Positions 16,552 through 26,907 of a DNA stretch of 64,000 nucleotides are shown here, piece after piece (the first letter of the stretch is position 1; the number at the start of each line of letters is the position of its first letter). Both the position numbers and the translations under genes were made by a program. This DNA comes from a virus (lineage: Duplodnaviria > Caudoviricetes), in the IMG/VR virus record IMGVR_UViG_3300033463_000079, positions 1 through 64,000 of that record. One strand, 5' to 3'. Under the pieces are notes generated by a model. It had not been told where the DNA came from. It did no database searches and saw only the letters and a program-made list of their open reading frames with translations.

Positions 16552-17595
16552 ATGAAACTACAAATACTAATACCACAATACAAAGAAACAGACGAAGTGG
16601 CAAAGCCACTTCTGGACAGTATCGCGATTCAGCAGGGCGTGGACTTTAGTGATATTGGAGTCCTCATCTGCAACGACGGCTCGGACGTATATCTGTCTAA
16701 CGACCTGTTGGGGTCTTATAAGTTCCACATAGAATACTGGCGTAACGAGCATAAAGGCGTGTCTGGCACAAGGAACGCACTTATGGACATGGCAACCGCA
16801 GATTATATCATGTTCTGCGATGCAGATGATATGTTCGTTAGTGCCTGCGGTCTGTACCAAATCATGCTCGACATAGGGCAGGGATTCGATGCACTCAATT
16901 CTGTGTTCATTGAAGAAGCCTGCCAAAAGGACGGCAAGATGGTTTACATCACGCACGACAACGACTCAACTTTTGTTCACGGCAAGGTGTATCGCAGACA
17001 GTATCTAATCGACAATAACATTAGGTGGAACGATGCTTTAACGATACATGAGGACTCGTTCTTCAACGTCATCGCACTTAATATGACCGACAAAGTTAGG
17101 ATTTGCAAGAATCCGTTTTATCTTTGGAAATATCGCGAATCGTCCGTGTGCAGGCACGACTCAAAGTATATGCTCAAGACTTTCGACAAGTTCCTTGATT
17201 CCAACGATGCTCTGGTAGATGAAATGATTAAACGGGGCGCGATGGACAAGGCGATGTACTTCTGCACCCACATGGTATTTGACACTTACTACACGATGAA
17301 CAAGCCCGAATGGGTCAATCAAGAGAACCAAGAACACCGCGAGAGAGTGGAAAGACGGTTTGCCGAGTATTTTGCAAAGCACAGAGCATTGTGGGACGCA
17401 GTTCCTATGGCAGACAAGACTAATGTTTCCGCGACTGCAAGAGAGAAGAACTTGAAACAGGGTATGCTCCTTGAGGCGGTCACGGTGTTTGACTGGTTGA
17501 AAAGTGTAATGAACAAACGATTAAATTCAAACCTTATAGACTTGAGAATCACAGGAGAAGAACAATGTCTACAAGAAGACAAAGAGAAAGAATGA
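16552..17595 (+). CDS. glycosyltransferase, GT2-like (GT-A fold)
   Basis: ILIPQY, ICNDGSD, NALMD, YIMFCDADD (DxD), HEDSFF motifs. Confidence 0.9.
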   Translation: MKLQILIPQYKETDEVAKPLLDSIAIQQGVDFSDIGVLICNDGSDVYLSNDLLGSYKFHIEYWRNEHKGVSGTRNALMDMATADYIMFCDADDMFVSACGLYQIMLDIGQGFDALNSVFIEEACQKDGKMVYITHDNDSTFVHGKVYRRQYLIDNNIRWNDALTIHEDSFFNVIALNMTDKVRICKNPFYLWKYRESSVCRHDSKYMLKTFDKFLDSNDALVDEMIKRGAMDKAMYFCTHMVFDTYYTMNKPEWVNQENQEHRERVERRFAEYFAKHRALWDAVPMADKTNVSATAREKNLKQGMLLEAVTVFDWLKSVMNKRLNSNLIDLRITGEEQCLQEDKEKE

Positions 17596-17744
17596 GGCTT
17601 GAACGCATGGCGTTTGACGATGCCGTTGAAGCCGAAAGAAATCGCCGTGAGAGCGATTTAACGGAGCAGGAAAAGAAAGACCTTACTCCGAAGAAAAAAC
17701 CCGCCAAATCGAAGAAATCAGCCCCACAGAGGGATAAGAAATGA
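17565..17744 (+). CDS. small basic protein (59 aa)
   Basis: aggag RBS, ATG 17565, TGA overlapping the next ATG; Lys/Arg-rich. Confidence 0.6.
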   Translation: MSTRRQRERMRLERMAFDDAVEAERNRRESDLTEQEKKDLTPKKKPAKSKKSAPQRDKK

Positions 17745-18385
17745 ACTACGGACAAATAAAGCAAAACTTAATCAGTCTGGGCTTTGCCGAAGAATCGGAT
17801 TATGAAGAATTTGAAGAACTCGGCTATACCTATGACGCTATCAATAGAGCAATCAGTCAAATCGGCAATCAGTTTCCGTACATCGCAAAGTACGAGTTTG
17901 AGATAGACGACTCCGACACAGGAATCCTATATGTCGATATGACGGACAGAGCAGGATTTTTGGCACTCGCGCAGGAGACGCCTGTAGTGTTCGAGGCTAA
18001 CGGCGATGAAGTGTTTAGGAAGTTTGGCGACTACCAAATCGAAATGGAACACACAATCGTAATGAAAGCCGACGACTACGCAGGCTCTTTTAGAGTGTAT
18101 TACGACAAGGCGTGTACGACCATCACATCGGCAACGCCAGACTCTTTCGTGCCAGAACTGCCGACAAAGGTGCATCATTTGATTCCACTTCTGGCGGCGT
18201 ACTATCTGTGGCTCGATGACGACGAGAGAAAAGCCGTCCAATACTACAATATGTACGAGACAGAACTTGCTCTGGTATTGCAGAAACAGAACGCACCGAG
18301 AATGAGAGTCGTTACCGAGTGGGGCAATAACTGGCAAGGCACGAACCTTAACGTAAGCAAAGAAGAATGGGCGAGGTGGCACTAA
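17741..18385 (+). CDS. head-tail adaptor (T7 gp11 / P22 gp4-like slot)
   Basis: MNYGQIKQNLISL...YDAINRAI and PELPTKVHHLIPLLAAYY pattern; position. Confidence 0.7.
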   Translation: MNYGQIKQNLISLGFAEESDYEEFEELGYTYDAINRAISQIGNQFPYIAKYEFEIDDSDTGILYVDMTDRAGFLALAQETPVVFEANGDEVFRKFGDYQIEMEHTIVMKADDYAGSFRVYYDKACTTITSATPDSFVPELPTKVHHLIPLLAAYYLWLDDDERKAVQYYNMYETELALVLQKQNAPRMRVVTEWGNNWQGTNLNVSKEEWARWH

Positions 18386-19680
18386 TGGCTATTGAATTAC
18401 CTGCCTCTCCAAAGGTCTATACAACCAAATATACAAACTTCAAGGGCGTAGACTTTACCAATGACCCTACGAATGTATGGTACAGAAGAAGTCCGTCTGG
18501 CGTGAATATGCTACCAGACGCAAGTGGCAGACCGTTCAAAAGACACGGTTGGAGTATTCTTTTATCAAACAACGATTTGTGCGATGCTCTTTCCCTTTTC
18601 GGTTATGAAGAAGTGACATTAACGGAAGACGAATTTAACGCAGACAAGACAAGGTATTTTGTTCTCGTCAGCACGGAGTATGTTCGTTGTACCGATGCGA
18701 GTGTTTATGACGATGAAGAAACCTACTATATCCGTATCTATCCGCAGGGTGGCGATGACCCTTTGGGTGAACCGCCAATCATCACAAAATGTTCGTACTT
18801 TGAATTAGCAGGAGTAGACCATATCGTGATATTCACGGATAAAGGCGTTATCTTCTACAACGGCGAAGTAACGGCGGTAAACACGGACTACGATTGCTAC
18901 ACGGGATATGATAGGTCGTTCTTCTTTGAGGGCGATGGCACAAGTGCGTTTTATATATACGGCAACTTTAAGGTTTGGAGATACGAAAGTGATTTTATTC
19001 TCCATGATGCATCTTCGCAGGTCACCGTTCCAACTGTTTTGATTGGGGCAGAAGCAAACTGCGTTGGAACGATGCACGAGGGTTACAATCTTCTCGGCAC
19101 GAGAGCAAGTGTAGAATATTGTGACAAGGATTTGTTTGCCTTTTGGGGAACGGATAAATTGTCGTTTGAGGTAGATAAAACCACATTCACAACCGCACAC
19201 GCCAAAAACTACTCGATGACATACACATATAAAACCGTGGGTGGAACGACAACGTGGTACGACACATCAAATACTGCGGTAACTTTATCAACGCATGGCA
19301 TCACGGTCTATACCGCGCCGAAAGTAGGCGACCAGATTTTCGTTGTCAATGCTCACGGCGTTTTATTTCCAAACAATGTTTCCATCGCACAGTACGAAGA
19401 AGTGTCTATTTTCGGGACGAAGACAGACAAACAGTTTGGCTATGAAATGGAAACAATAAACACAGGAACGCCGTCAGTCGGTCAATGCCTGCTACACCCA
19501 GACACCATCACAGACAACAGAGAAAGACAGCAGGCATGGGTAGAGTTTAGTCCAAGTGAGTCGTTTACTTCGGTTGACGGCGAGGACTACATCAAGGCGA
19601 TATTCCCGACAGTTACAGTAACAATCACGCCGTATGTGAATGAATCATACACAAGTTCGGCGAGTCTGGTAGGTGCATGA
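18385..19680 (+). CDS. tail nozzle/stabilisation protein, N-terminal part
   Basis: YTNFKGVDFTN...RRSPSGVNM...PFKRHGW opening typical of P22 gp10-like proteins. Confidence 0.7.
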   Translation: MAIELPASPKVYTTKYTNFKGVDFTNDPTNVWYRRSPSGVNMLPDASGRPFKRHGWSILLSNNDLCDALSLFGYEEVTLTEDEFNADKTRYFVLVSTEYVRCTDASVYDDEETYYIRIYPQGGDDPLGEPPIITKCSYFELAGVDHIVIFTDKGVIFYNGEVTAVNTDYDCYTGYDRSFFFEGDGTSAFYIYGNFKVWRYESDFILHDASSQVTVPTVLIGAEANCVGTMHEGYNLLGTRASVEYCDKDLFAFWGTDKLSFEVDKTTFTTAHAKNYSMTYTYKTVGGTTTWYDTSNTAVTLSTHGITVYTAPKVGDQIFVVNAHGVLFPNNVSIAQYEEVSIFGTKTDKQFGYEMETINTGTPSVGQCLLHPDTITDNRERQQAWVEFSPSESFTSVDGEDYIKAIFPTVTVTITPYVNESYTSSASLVGA

Positions 19681-22183
19681 TATGGCAACAAGAGTATACG
19701 GCGGTACAGTAAAAGGGTATTGGCGAGTCTATTTAGACTACAATTGGTATCCTAATCATAGTGCCACACAAGCAAGAATAGAATGGTGGTACGGCATTGA
19801 GTTCGTCAAAGCACCAAAAGGGAACGGCGATACCAACGGCAACTACCAATCCGAATATGACAGACCTACCTATGTGGCGTGTACGTCACAGACACAACAG
19901 AACAAATACCCAACCGCCAAGTTCACTACAACATGGTGGAATAATGGTGGTAGGCGGTATCAGTATGGGTCTGGCAACTTCTATTACACAAAGACAACTT
20001 CAACAAAGGCGGTAACATTAACTGCATACATAGCACATACCACAAGTTCAACTACTTATTCTGGTGCGTCAAGCAAATCAGTAGGGTTTACCGTTCCTAC
20101 ACTTGCATCGTACACGGTTTCATATAACGCAAATGGTGGAAGTGGGCAACCTTCCAACCAAACGAAATGGTACGGGCAAACGCTGACGCTTTCTCCCACC
20201 AAGCCTACACGGACGGGATTCAATTTCAAGAATTGGAACACGGCATCTGGTGGCACGGGAACGGCATATAATTCTGGTGCGTCTTACACAACTAACGCAG
20301 GGGCAACACTATATGCACAATGGACTCCTACAAACCCACCGACTTGTGATATTGGGAATTTGGAACTGTCCGTCAATGGCACTCCGCAATCTTCAAGCGA
20401 CATTATAAGAGGTTTTACGGACATATCGTGTAGCATTTCCAATATCGTTGTTCCAATAACGGGGAGAACACTTGACTCTATCAAAATGTCAATCGCAGGG
20501 GTAACGGCAAATGCAGTTATCTCGGACGATTCTGGCACGATAACGATGGACAACACACAGTTCAATTCATCGCATCAAGGAACATGGGCGGTAACGGTAA
20601 CTACAAAAGATAGTGCAGGGGCAGAGAAAACATACAACCTCGGCAACATCAATATTGTCGCGCCTACATGGGAAGAAACCGTAACTATAAGCCAACCCGT
20701 TCCTGCGAAGGACTCAAACGGCTATGCGATGCTTGACTCGTTACAAATAGCAAGAACTCCCGTTGATATATCCGACCCAGACAATCTTGTGTGGGACACG
20801 GTTTCAAAAGACGGAATTTCTTTCATAGATAATGGCGATAATACATGGACGTTCACTTATGTGTTTGACGAGAACCATGTAAGTGATTCCACCTCGTTGA
20901 CTCCAGATACGGCAATACGGGCATCATATAAACACTATGATTCCAATGCCTCATTAGGCGGTCAATCGTTCTACACAACATCAAGAAACCAGAACTATTC
21001 CAACGGAATATACAATGTGATGTTCGTGGGCGGAGTGGATAACAAGAACTTCCCAGAATACACATCACGGGTATGGTGGTGCAAGATAAACAATCCTCTT
21101 TACTTCCCAGACACTTCGTATATAGAAGTCGGTTCTAACGATACGGCGGTGCAGGGATTAACGAAAGTAGGGGATTACCTTGCGGTTGTAAAGCAATCAA
21201 AGACCACAGACACGGCGATATTCCTCTTATATCCAACATCGTTTGAGGAAGAAACGACCTATGCGGTCAAGCAGGGCGTACAAGGCGTTGGTGCGTTGGC
21301 AAGATATTCATTCAATATTCTTGGCGATGAAACATTGTTCCTCTCACCAAAGGGGGTCATGGCAATCGTTCCAACGCAGGACGAAGAACACAAGGTACAG
21401 AACAGGTCGTATTTTGTTGACAAAAAACTTCTTGCAGAAGACGCAAAGGATTCCTATTCATTCGTACATGACGGCAAGTATTATCTGGCAATCGGCAACG
21501 GACATTGTTATGTGCTTGACGGAAACCAGAGAAATTCATGGGGGAATGATAAGACCAACCTCGTTTATGAGTGTTACTATCTTGAGAATGTTCCTGCGAA
21601 GTGCTTTGTGAAATACCAAGACTCATTGGTATTCTCGGATAACGACAATGTTTGCATTTTCTCTGGTGGTTATGTAGATGCCTATGACGATGACGGCAAC
21701 GAAAATGTGCCTGTCAAGGCAGAGTGGTCAACCATATTTGATGATGACGGCTCTCTGCATTACTACAAGACGATGCAAAAGAAAGGCAACCTCGTATCGG
21801 TTCTTCCGATAGAGAACGAGCGTCCATACGAAGAAGTTGCGATAGACGAGGACACATTCAACGATGACAAAGAACGGTACTTCATATTGGAAGACGGCAA
21901 GTTCGTACAATGCACGGAAAGTGATGTGTATGACCCAACGCAGACTTACTACATAGAGAACCGTCCTAACACAAGAATCTTCGTAAAGAAAGACAACAAC
22001 GAACCCGTAGAGATACAGAGGAAGTTCGGTCTTTCCTCGGACATTCCAAGTGAAATGTTCCTCAATAAGAAGTTCAAGAAATACAAAAGGTTACAGTTCA
22101 TTCTCACAAACGATGCAGAAGAAGACTTCGGCGTTGACGAGATAGTGAAGAATTATACCGTAGGGAATTACGCAAAGAAATGA
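19673..22183 (+). CDS. fusion: beta-rich/InlB B-repeat module plus C-terminal part of the tail nozzle
   Basis: YTVSYNANGGSG...PTRTGFNFKNWNT B-repeat; from about residue 450, FVGG...VWWCKINNPLYFPD...YNYTVGNYAK nozzle-type C-terminus. Confidence 0.7.
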   Translation: MHDMATRVYGGTVKGYWRVYLDYNWYPNHSATQARIEWWYGIEFVKAPKGNGDTNGNYQSEYDRPTYVACTSQTQQNKYPTAKFTTTWWNNGGRRYQYGSGNFYYTKTTSTKAVTLTAYIAHTTSSTTYSGASSKSVGFTVPTLASYTVSYNANGGSGQPSNQTKWYGQTLTLSPTKPTRTGFNFKNWNTASGGTGTAYNSGASYTTNAGATLYAQWTPTNPPTCDIGNLELSVNGTPQSSSDIIRGFTDISCSISNIVVPITGRTLDSIKMSIAGVTANAVISDDSGTITMDNTQFNSSHQGTWAVTVTTKDSAGAEKTYNLGNINIVAPTWEETVTISQPVPAKDSNGYAMLDSLQIARTPVDISDPDNLVWDTVSKDGISFIDNGDNTWTFTYVFDENHVSDSTSLTPDTAIRASYKHYDSNASLGGQSFYTTSRNQNYSNGIYNVMFVGGVDNKNFPEYTSRVWWCKINNPLYFPDTSYIEVGSNDTAVQGLTKVGDYLAVVKQSKTTDTAIFLLYPTSFEEETTYAVKQGVQGVGALARYSFNILGDETLFLSPKGVMAIVPTQDEEHKVQNRSYFVDKKLLAEDAKDSYSFVHDGKYYLAIGNGHCYVLDGNQRNSWGNDKTNLVYECYYLENVPAKCFVKYQDSLVFSDNDNVCIFSGGYVDAYDDDGNENVPVKAEWSTIFDDDGSLHYYKTMQKKGNLVSVLPIENERPYEEVAIDEDTFNDDKERYFILEDGKFVQCTESDVYDPTQTYYIENRPNTRIFVKKDNNEPVEIQRKFGLSSDIPSEMFLNKKFKKYKRLQFILTNDAEEDFGVDEIVKNYTVGNYAKK

Positions 22184-22611
22184 CGAGATATAACAGAGAA
22201 GACCCAAGAACGGTTCTACCACAACTTGAGAAAGAGTTTAACAACAAACTTGAGAAACCGTTGACCGTCGTTGACTCTCTTTTTTCTGTCCAAAAGGACG
22301 GGAGTGTAACTCTCAATGTCAAAGAAATCCCATTAACGGGGAGTCAATGCACTATTGGTGGCTACAACTGTGCGTACCAAATCGGCAACATTGTATTCCT
22401 CTCTTTTAATTTCAACATTACAACGGCTACATCAAGTTACGATTACATTTCTGGGTTGCCGAAACCAATCCATAATTGGGCGTGTAGTGGTACAACTACG
22501 GGGTCTGCTAATCAAACAAGATGGTATGTTTCAAAAGATGGAACTTTGAGGGCTGATGGGGCAACCATAACGGGTTGGCAGAACGGTTCTGTAGTATATA
22601 TCTGCGAATAA
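22180..22611 (+). CDS. small tail-associated protein
   Basis: YQIGNIVFLSF...SGLPKP beta module typical of tail-fibre tips. Confidence 0.55.
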   Translation: MTRYNREDPRTVLPQLEKEFNNKLEKPLTVVDSLFSVQKDGSVTLNVKEIPLTGSQCTIGGYNCAYQIGNIVFLSFNFNITTATSSYDYISGLPKPIHNWACSGTTTGSANQTRWYVSKDGTLRADGATITGWQNGSVVYICE

Positions 22612-22621
22612 GGAGAAATAA

Positions 22622-23014
22622 ATGTTAAAGATAGACACAGAAAAAATGATGATATGCCTTACAAGGGGCGATACGGCAAATATCGTGTTTAGTGCGATAC
22701 AAGATGACGGCACAACATACCACGCACAACCGAATGATGTTCTGCGTTTCGCCGTGGCAAAAAAGGTAGGCGCAGACCCAGTTTTTGAGCCAGAGCCAAA
22801 CATCATGGGGAATGACCCAAGTGAAGAAGATGATTTTTGGACGGTCACGATTCAGCCTGCACACACAAATTCTCTCAAGTTTGGGGATTATGTATTTGAT
22901 GTGCAACTGACTCGTTATAACAATGGCGACCCTCAAGTAGACACAATCATCGGCACAACTGACGAGGTTCAGCCAATCTTTAGGGTATGGGGCGAAGTAT
23001 CGCCAGAGGACTAA
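22622..23014 (+). CDS. BppU N-terminal-like domain protein
   Basis: ICLTRGDT...GDYVFDVQL pattern. Confidence 0.6.
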   Translation: MLKIDTEKMMICLTRGDTANIVFSAIQDDGTTYHAQPNDVLRFAVAKKVGADPVFEPEPNIMGNDPSEEDDFWTVTIQPAHTNSLKFGDYVFDVQLTRYNNGDPQVDTIIGTTDEVQPIFRVWGEVSPED

Positions 23015-23015
23015 C

Positions 23016-25310
23016 ATGGATATTCTCATTGGACAAATCGCCTCGGCGGTACAACTTCAAGGCTCTATATCTGGCGAGGAACAGTTAAAAGGTTCTTTTG
23101 ATTTATTCAAGTTGCCAGAGCATCAGTACGAGGGTTCATACACGGTAACACCTACTGAATCCGAACAAGTCCTGCCGACTTCTGGCAGAACGCCTTTATC
23201 CAACATTACAGTTTCGCCGATACCAAGTGAATATATCATTCCGTCTGGCACGGTCACAATCACGCAAAGTAGTGGTGCTGATGTGACACAATACGCATCA
23301 GCCGATGTGCAGAGTGCTTCAATCCAAAAGAGTTACGAGGAAGAATTTTACACAAACGCAGGTGGCAATTATATGTTCCATCTTCAGCCTCATGTAGAAG
23401 TCCAATCGGCAGGTTGGACGGACACGGGAGAAAAGTACGGTTGGAATCATATCTACCGTGCTATGCCTTTTGGAGTAACGGTTACTCCAAGTGAGTCGGT
23501 ACAGTATGTTGGATATAGCAACACCAACACGATGTTAGAGGGCAGAGTGACCGTAGACGCAATCCCTTCGGATTATGTTGGAACATCAATCCCAAGACAC
23601 GATTCTTCGGATATTTACCCAGATGCAGGGTACACGGTAGTTACGCCAAGTGGGTATTACGAATCCGATGGCGTGTTCCAAGTTCCTTACGAAACGCACA
23701 CCGCACCAAGCATATCTTACGATTCAAGTGGGCTAATCACGGCTATACATTATCAAGAATCCGAAAAACTCTGTATTGGGAGTGACCTCACATCAAATAC
23801 ACTACAACTCCCAAGTGCATCTGTTAGTTCGTACTTCTCATACGGTTATAGTACTATAGGCGGTTCAAAGGCATGGACTATTGAGTGTGGCGAAAGCATT
23901 ACTGACGGTTGGATTGGTGCTTCATCGTATTCCGATAGTTATTGGTTTGGCGTTGTTCCGTCTGGCACGGTCATCACTCCAACGGAGTCTTCGCAGACCG
24001 CAGGTCATGCTGATTACATGATGGAAGATGCAATAACAGTATCGCCAATACCATCGGAGTATGTCATTCCAAGTGGAACGATAGAGATAGAAAACGGTGG
24101 CGATACCGATGTAGCGGGCTATGAAACGGCAGATGTTCCGTATGGAAGTCTTTACGCAGGGTATGACAGCAGTTATGTGACCTCAAGTGGTGTTAAAAAA
24201 TGGCGTGTTCGTGGAAACGCAACGGCGGTATCTGGTTGGCTTGATGGGCAACACGCATACGGAGAATACGATTACTACGATGTTGTTCCGTCTGGCACAA
24301 CTGTAACACCAAGCACATCGTCACAGACAATCGGTGGAACAAACTACATGATGCAGAGTGCGGTTACTGTATCGCCAATCCCATCACAGTATATAGTGCC
24401 AAGTGGAACAATATCCATTTCTTCAAATGGCACGGTTGATGTAACGCAATACGCATCGGCAAGTATAAGTGTTCCGTCTTCCGCACCGAATTTGCAGAAC
24501 AAGACATTTACAGTATCGGCATACGGCACGGCAAGTGTGTCGGCAGATGCAGGGTATGACGGACTATCAAAGGTAACAATCACAACGCCAAGTGGTACGG
24601 CGAAAGCACCAACCTCAATCAGCCAAACGGGTGCAACGATAACAACGGGAACAAACTCACTCATACTGACGAAGAACAATGTTTCCGTAACACCGTCTGT
24701 ATCGGCAGGATATATCTCAAGTGGAACGGCAACGAATGTAAGTATAACCTTGTCGGCTACCACAACAATTCAAGGTGCGTCAACATATTATCCGTCCACG
24801 GCAGACCAGACTATTTCATCGTCAAGATACCTCACGGGTACGCAGACATTTAAGGGAGTAACTACTTCCAACCTCACGGCAGGCAACATAAAGTCTGGCG
24901 TAGTGGTGCAAGTTGGCGATTCCGCAGACTCCGACAGAATCCTATCCGTAACGGGAACTTACTCTGGCGGTGGCGGTGGCGATAAAAATGTTCAAATAGC
25001 ACAAAGCACAACGAGAGCAACCTCGTCAACCTATGTAAAGTGTTGCGGAGATATTACCGTAGCAACGACTGGAACATACGATGTGTATTGGACTTATTTT
25101 AGGTCATCAACTTCTGGCACATGGGGTTCGCAACTTTACATCAACGATGTATCGCAAGGAACAACATATTCAACATTCACGAACCATGTATGTAATGTCC
25201 ATATATCCAATGTGTCGCTCACGGCAAATCAAAAGGTTTCCGTATATGCTCGGTCAAGAGGTTCTAACTACTACGGGTATATCGGACAGTTAGTAATAAT
25301 AGAGAGTTAA
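23016..25310 (+). CDS. tail fibre/spike protein with internal repeats
   Basis: S/T-rich; repeated TVSPIPS(E/Q)Y(I/V)(I/V)PSGT units. Confidence 0.7.
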   Translation: MDILIGQIASAVQLQGSISGEEQLKGSFDLFKLPEHQYEGSYTVTPTESEQVLPTSGRTPLSNITVSPIPSEYIIPSGTVTITQSSGADVTQYASADVQSASIQKSYEEEFYTNAGGNYMFHLQPHVEVQSAGWTDTGEKYGWNHIYRAMPFGVTVTPSESVQYVGYSNTNTMLEGRVTVDAIPSDYVGTSIPRHDSSDIYPDAGYTVVTPSGYYESDGVFQVPYETHTAPSISYDSSGLITAIHYQESEKLCIGSDLTSNTLQLPSASVSSYFSYGYSTIGGSKAWTIECGESITDGWIGASSYSDSYWFGVVPSGTVITPTESSQTAGHADYMMEDAITVSPIPSEYVIPSGTIEIENGGDTDVAGYETADVPYGSLYAGYDSSYVTSSGVKKWRVRGNATAVSGWLDGQHAYGEYDYYDVVPSGTTVTPSTSSQTIGGTNYMMQSAVTVSPIPSQYIVPSGTISISSNGTVDVTQYASASISVPSSAPNLQNKTFTVSAYGTASVSADAGYDGLSKVTITTPSGTAKAPTSISQTGATITTGTNSLILTKNNVSVTPSVSAGYISSGTATNVSITLSATTTIQGASTYYPSTADQTISSSRYLTGTQTFKGVTTSNLTAGNIKSGVVVQVGDSADSDRILSVTGTYSGGGGGDKNVQIAQSTTRATSSTYVKCCGDITVATTGTYDVYWTYFRSSTSGTWGSQLYINDVSQGTTYSTFTNHVCNVHISNVSLTANQKVSVYARSRGSNYYGYIGQLVIIES

Positions 25311-25312
25311 TC

Positions 25313-25561
25313 ATGGCTTATTACGGAACGATAGTCGGCAAGAAAAGCACAACTGAAAACATGACGGGGAGAATCCACACTTGCCATGTTCATTACGAAC
25401 CTTACCCAGAATACACGGGTACTTATGTGGCAACTCCGACTTCAAGTAAACAGTCTTTTCCTACCGCCGACAAAAAAATGAACGAAAACTTTAGAGTCAA
25501 TGCGACTCCAATAAAGAAAGCATCAAATTCAGCAGGCGGTTACACAGTAACCATACTATAG
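25313..25561 (+). CDS. small tail-associated protein
   Basis: YTGTYVATPT...NSAGGYTVTIL. Confidence 0.65.
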   Translation: MAYYGTIVGKKSTTENMTGRIHTCHVHYEPYPEYTGTYVATPTSSKQSFPTADKKMNENFRVNATPIKKASNSAGGYTVTIL

Positions 25562-25570
25562 GAGAATATC

Positions 25571-26134
25571 ATGGCAGGAAATAATAAAATTGTTTATGAC
25601 GGCAGTACACTAATCGACCTTACTGGCGATACTGTAGTACAGAGTGCGGTTTTGAGTGGATATACGTTCCACTACAAAGACGGCTCAATCAAGACTGGCT
25701 CATGTTCCTATGACGCATATACGGGCGATGCTACGGCGACGCAGGGCGAGATACTTGCCACGAAGACTGCGTATGTCAACGGCTCAAAAGTCACGGGTTC
25801 AATGACGAATCAAGGCGGTATCTCTGGCACTATCACTTCACTTTCTCCGTACATCGTACCGAGTGGTTATCACGATGGAAGTGGGCAGGTCGCAGTAGAC
25901 TCTACAAATATCGCCGCAGGGAACATCAAAAGTGGAGTCGTTATCTTGGGCATTGAGGGAACTTACACGGGTTCTTCAATCGTTACGCAGACTGTAACGG
26001 TTACTCCTACCTCAAGTCAGCAGGTCATCACGGCGAGTGCAGGCTACGACTACTTGGCGCAGGTAACAGTACAGTCCGTACCGTACACTTCTGTTCTCAA
26101 TAGTGCAGGCGGTTATACCGTTACGATTCTGTAG
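25571..26134 (+). CDS. tail-associated protein
   Basis: NKIVYDGSTLIDLT N-terminus, GNIKSGVVILG, NSAGGYTVTIL C-terminus. Confidence 0.7.
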   Translation: MAGNNKIVYDGSTLIDLTGDTVVQSAVLSGYTFHYKDGSIKTGSCSYDAYTGDATATQGEILATKTAYVNGSKVTGSMTNQGGISGTITSLSPYIVPSGYHDGSGQVAVDSTNIAAGNIKSGVVILGIEGTYTGSSIVTQTVTVTPTSSQQVITASAGYDYLAQVTVQSVPYTSVLNSAGGYTVTIL

Positions 26135-26142
26135 GTAAAGAC

Positions 26143-26898
26143 ATGACTGAAAACAATAAAGTCGTTTATGACGGACAAACCTTAATAGATTTAACGCAGG
26201 ACGATGTCACGGCAAGTGATGTGCGTAACGGAGTATATTTCCATTCCGCAGACGGCGTAAGGGGGCAAGGAACATTGACTTCAACATCAATACCAACGGC
26301 AGACACGATAGCAGAATGGGATTCAGACGCCCACATGAACTCGGAAGATATGAGTTCGGCAGATGTAACGAGTTTTGTTAATGGTCTTGCATTTAATGGT
26401 CTTGCAAGTTTGATTGACATTTTTTATCCCGTTGGTAGTTACTATGAAACTTCCGATGCATCATTTGACCCAAATGTTGCGTGGGGTGGAACTTGGTCAT
26501 TAGAAGCATCTGGCAAAGTCCATGTGTCATCTGGTGGGGCATATTCTATCGGTGCAACGGGTGGTTCGGAAACTCATGTGCATACCACGGGCGGTCATAC
26601 ATTGACCACTTCGGAAATCCCTGCACATAACCATGTTCCTGCATCACCAAGTAACACAGATGCACATTTTGTTGCCTACAGAATTATAAGTGGCTCTTCT
26701 GGTAAATATTTTATTGGTTCAAGTTCAAGTGGTGCATCAAGATACACCTACGCATCATCAAGTTCGTATGACCACATTGGAAATTCAAGAGCAACGGCTA
26801 ACACGGGTGGTGGTGGCTCACATAGCCACGGCAACACGGGTAGCACATCAAATATGCAACCGTATGTTGTTGTAAATCGTTGGCACAGAACGGCATAG
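26143..26898 (+). CDS. tail collar/baseplate gp10-like C-terminal domain protein
   Basis: FYPVGSYYE...WGGTW...GGSETH...MQPYVVVNRWHRTA. Confidence 0.75.
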   Translation: MTENNKVVYDGQTLIDLTQDDVTASDVRNGVYFHSADGVRGQGTLTSTSIPTADTIAEWDSDAHMNSEDMSSADVTSFVNGLAFNGLASLIDIFYPVGSYYETSDASFDPNVAWGGTWSLEASGKVHVSSGGAYSIGATGGSETHVHTTGGHTLTTSEIPAHNHVPASPSNTDAHFVAYRIISGSSGKYFIGSSSSGASRYTYASSSSYDHIGNSRATANTGGGGSHSHGNTGSTSNMQPYVVVNRWHRTA

Positions 26899-26907
26899 GA
26901 GAAATAA

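Noticed and set aside
19670-19685. Programmed read-through or frameshift joining the two nozzle halves
   Set aside because: The ORFs are in different frames with a normal coupled stop/start, and I see no slippery heptamer.
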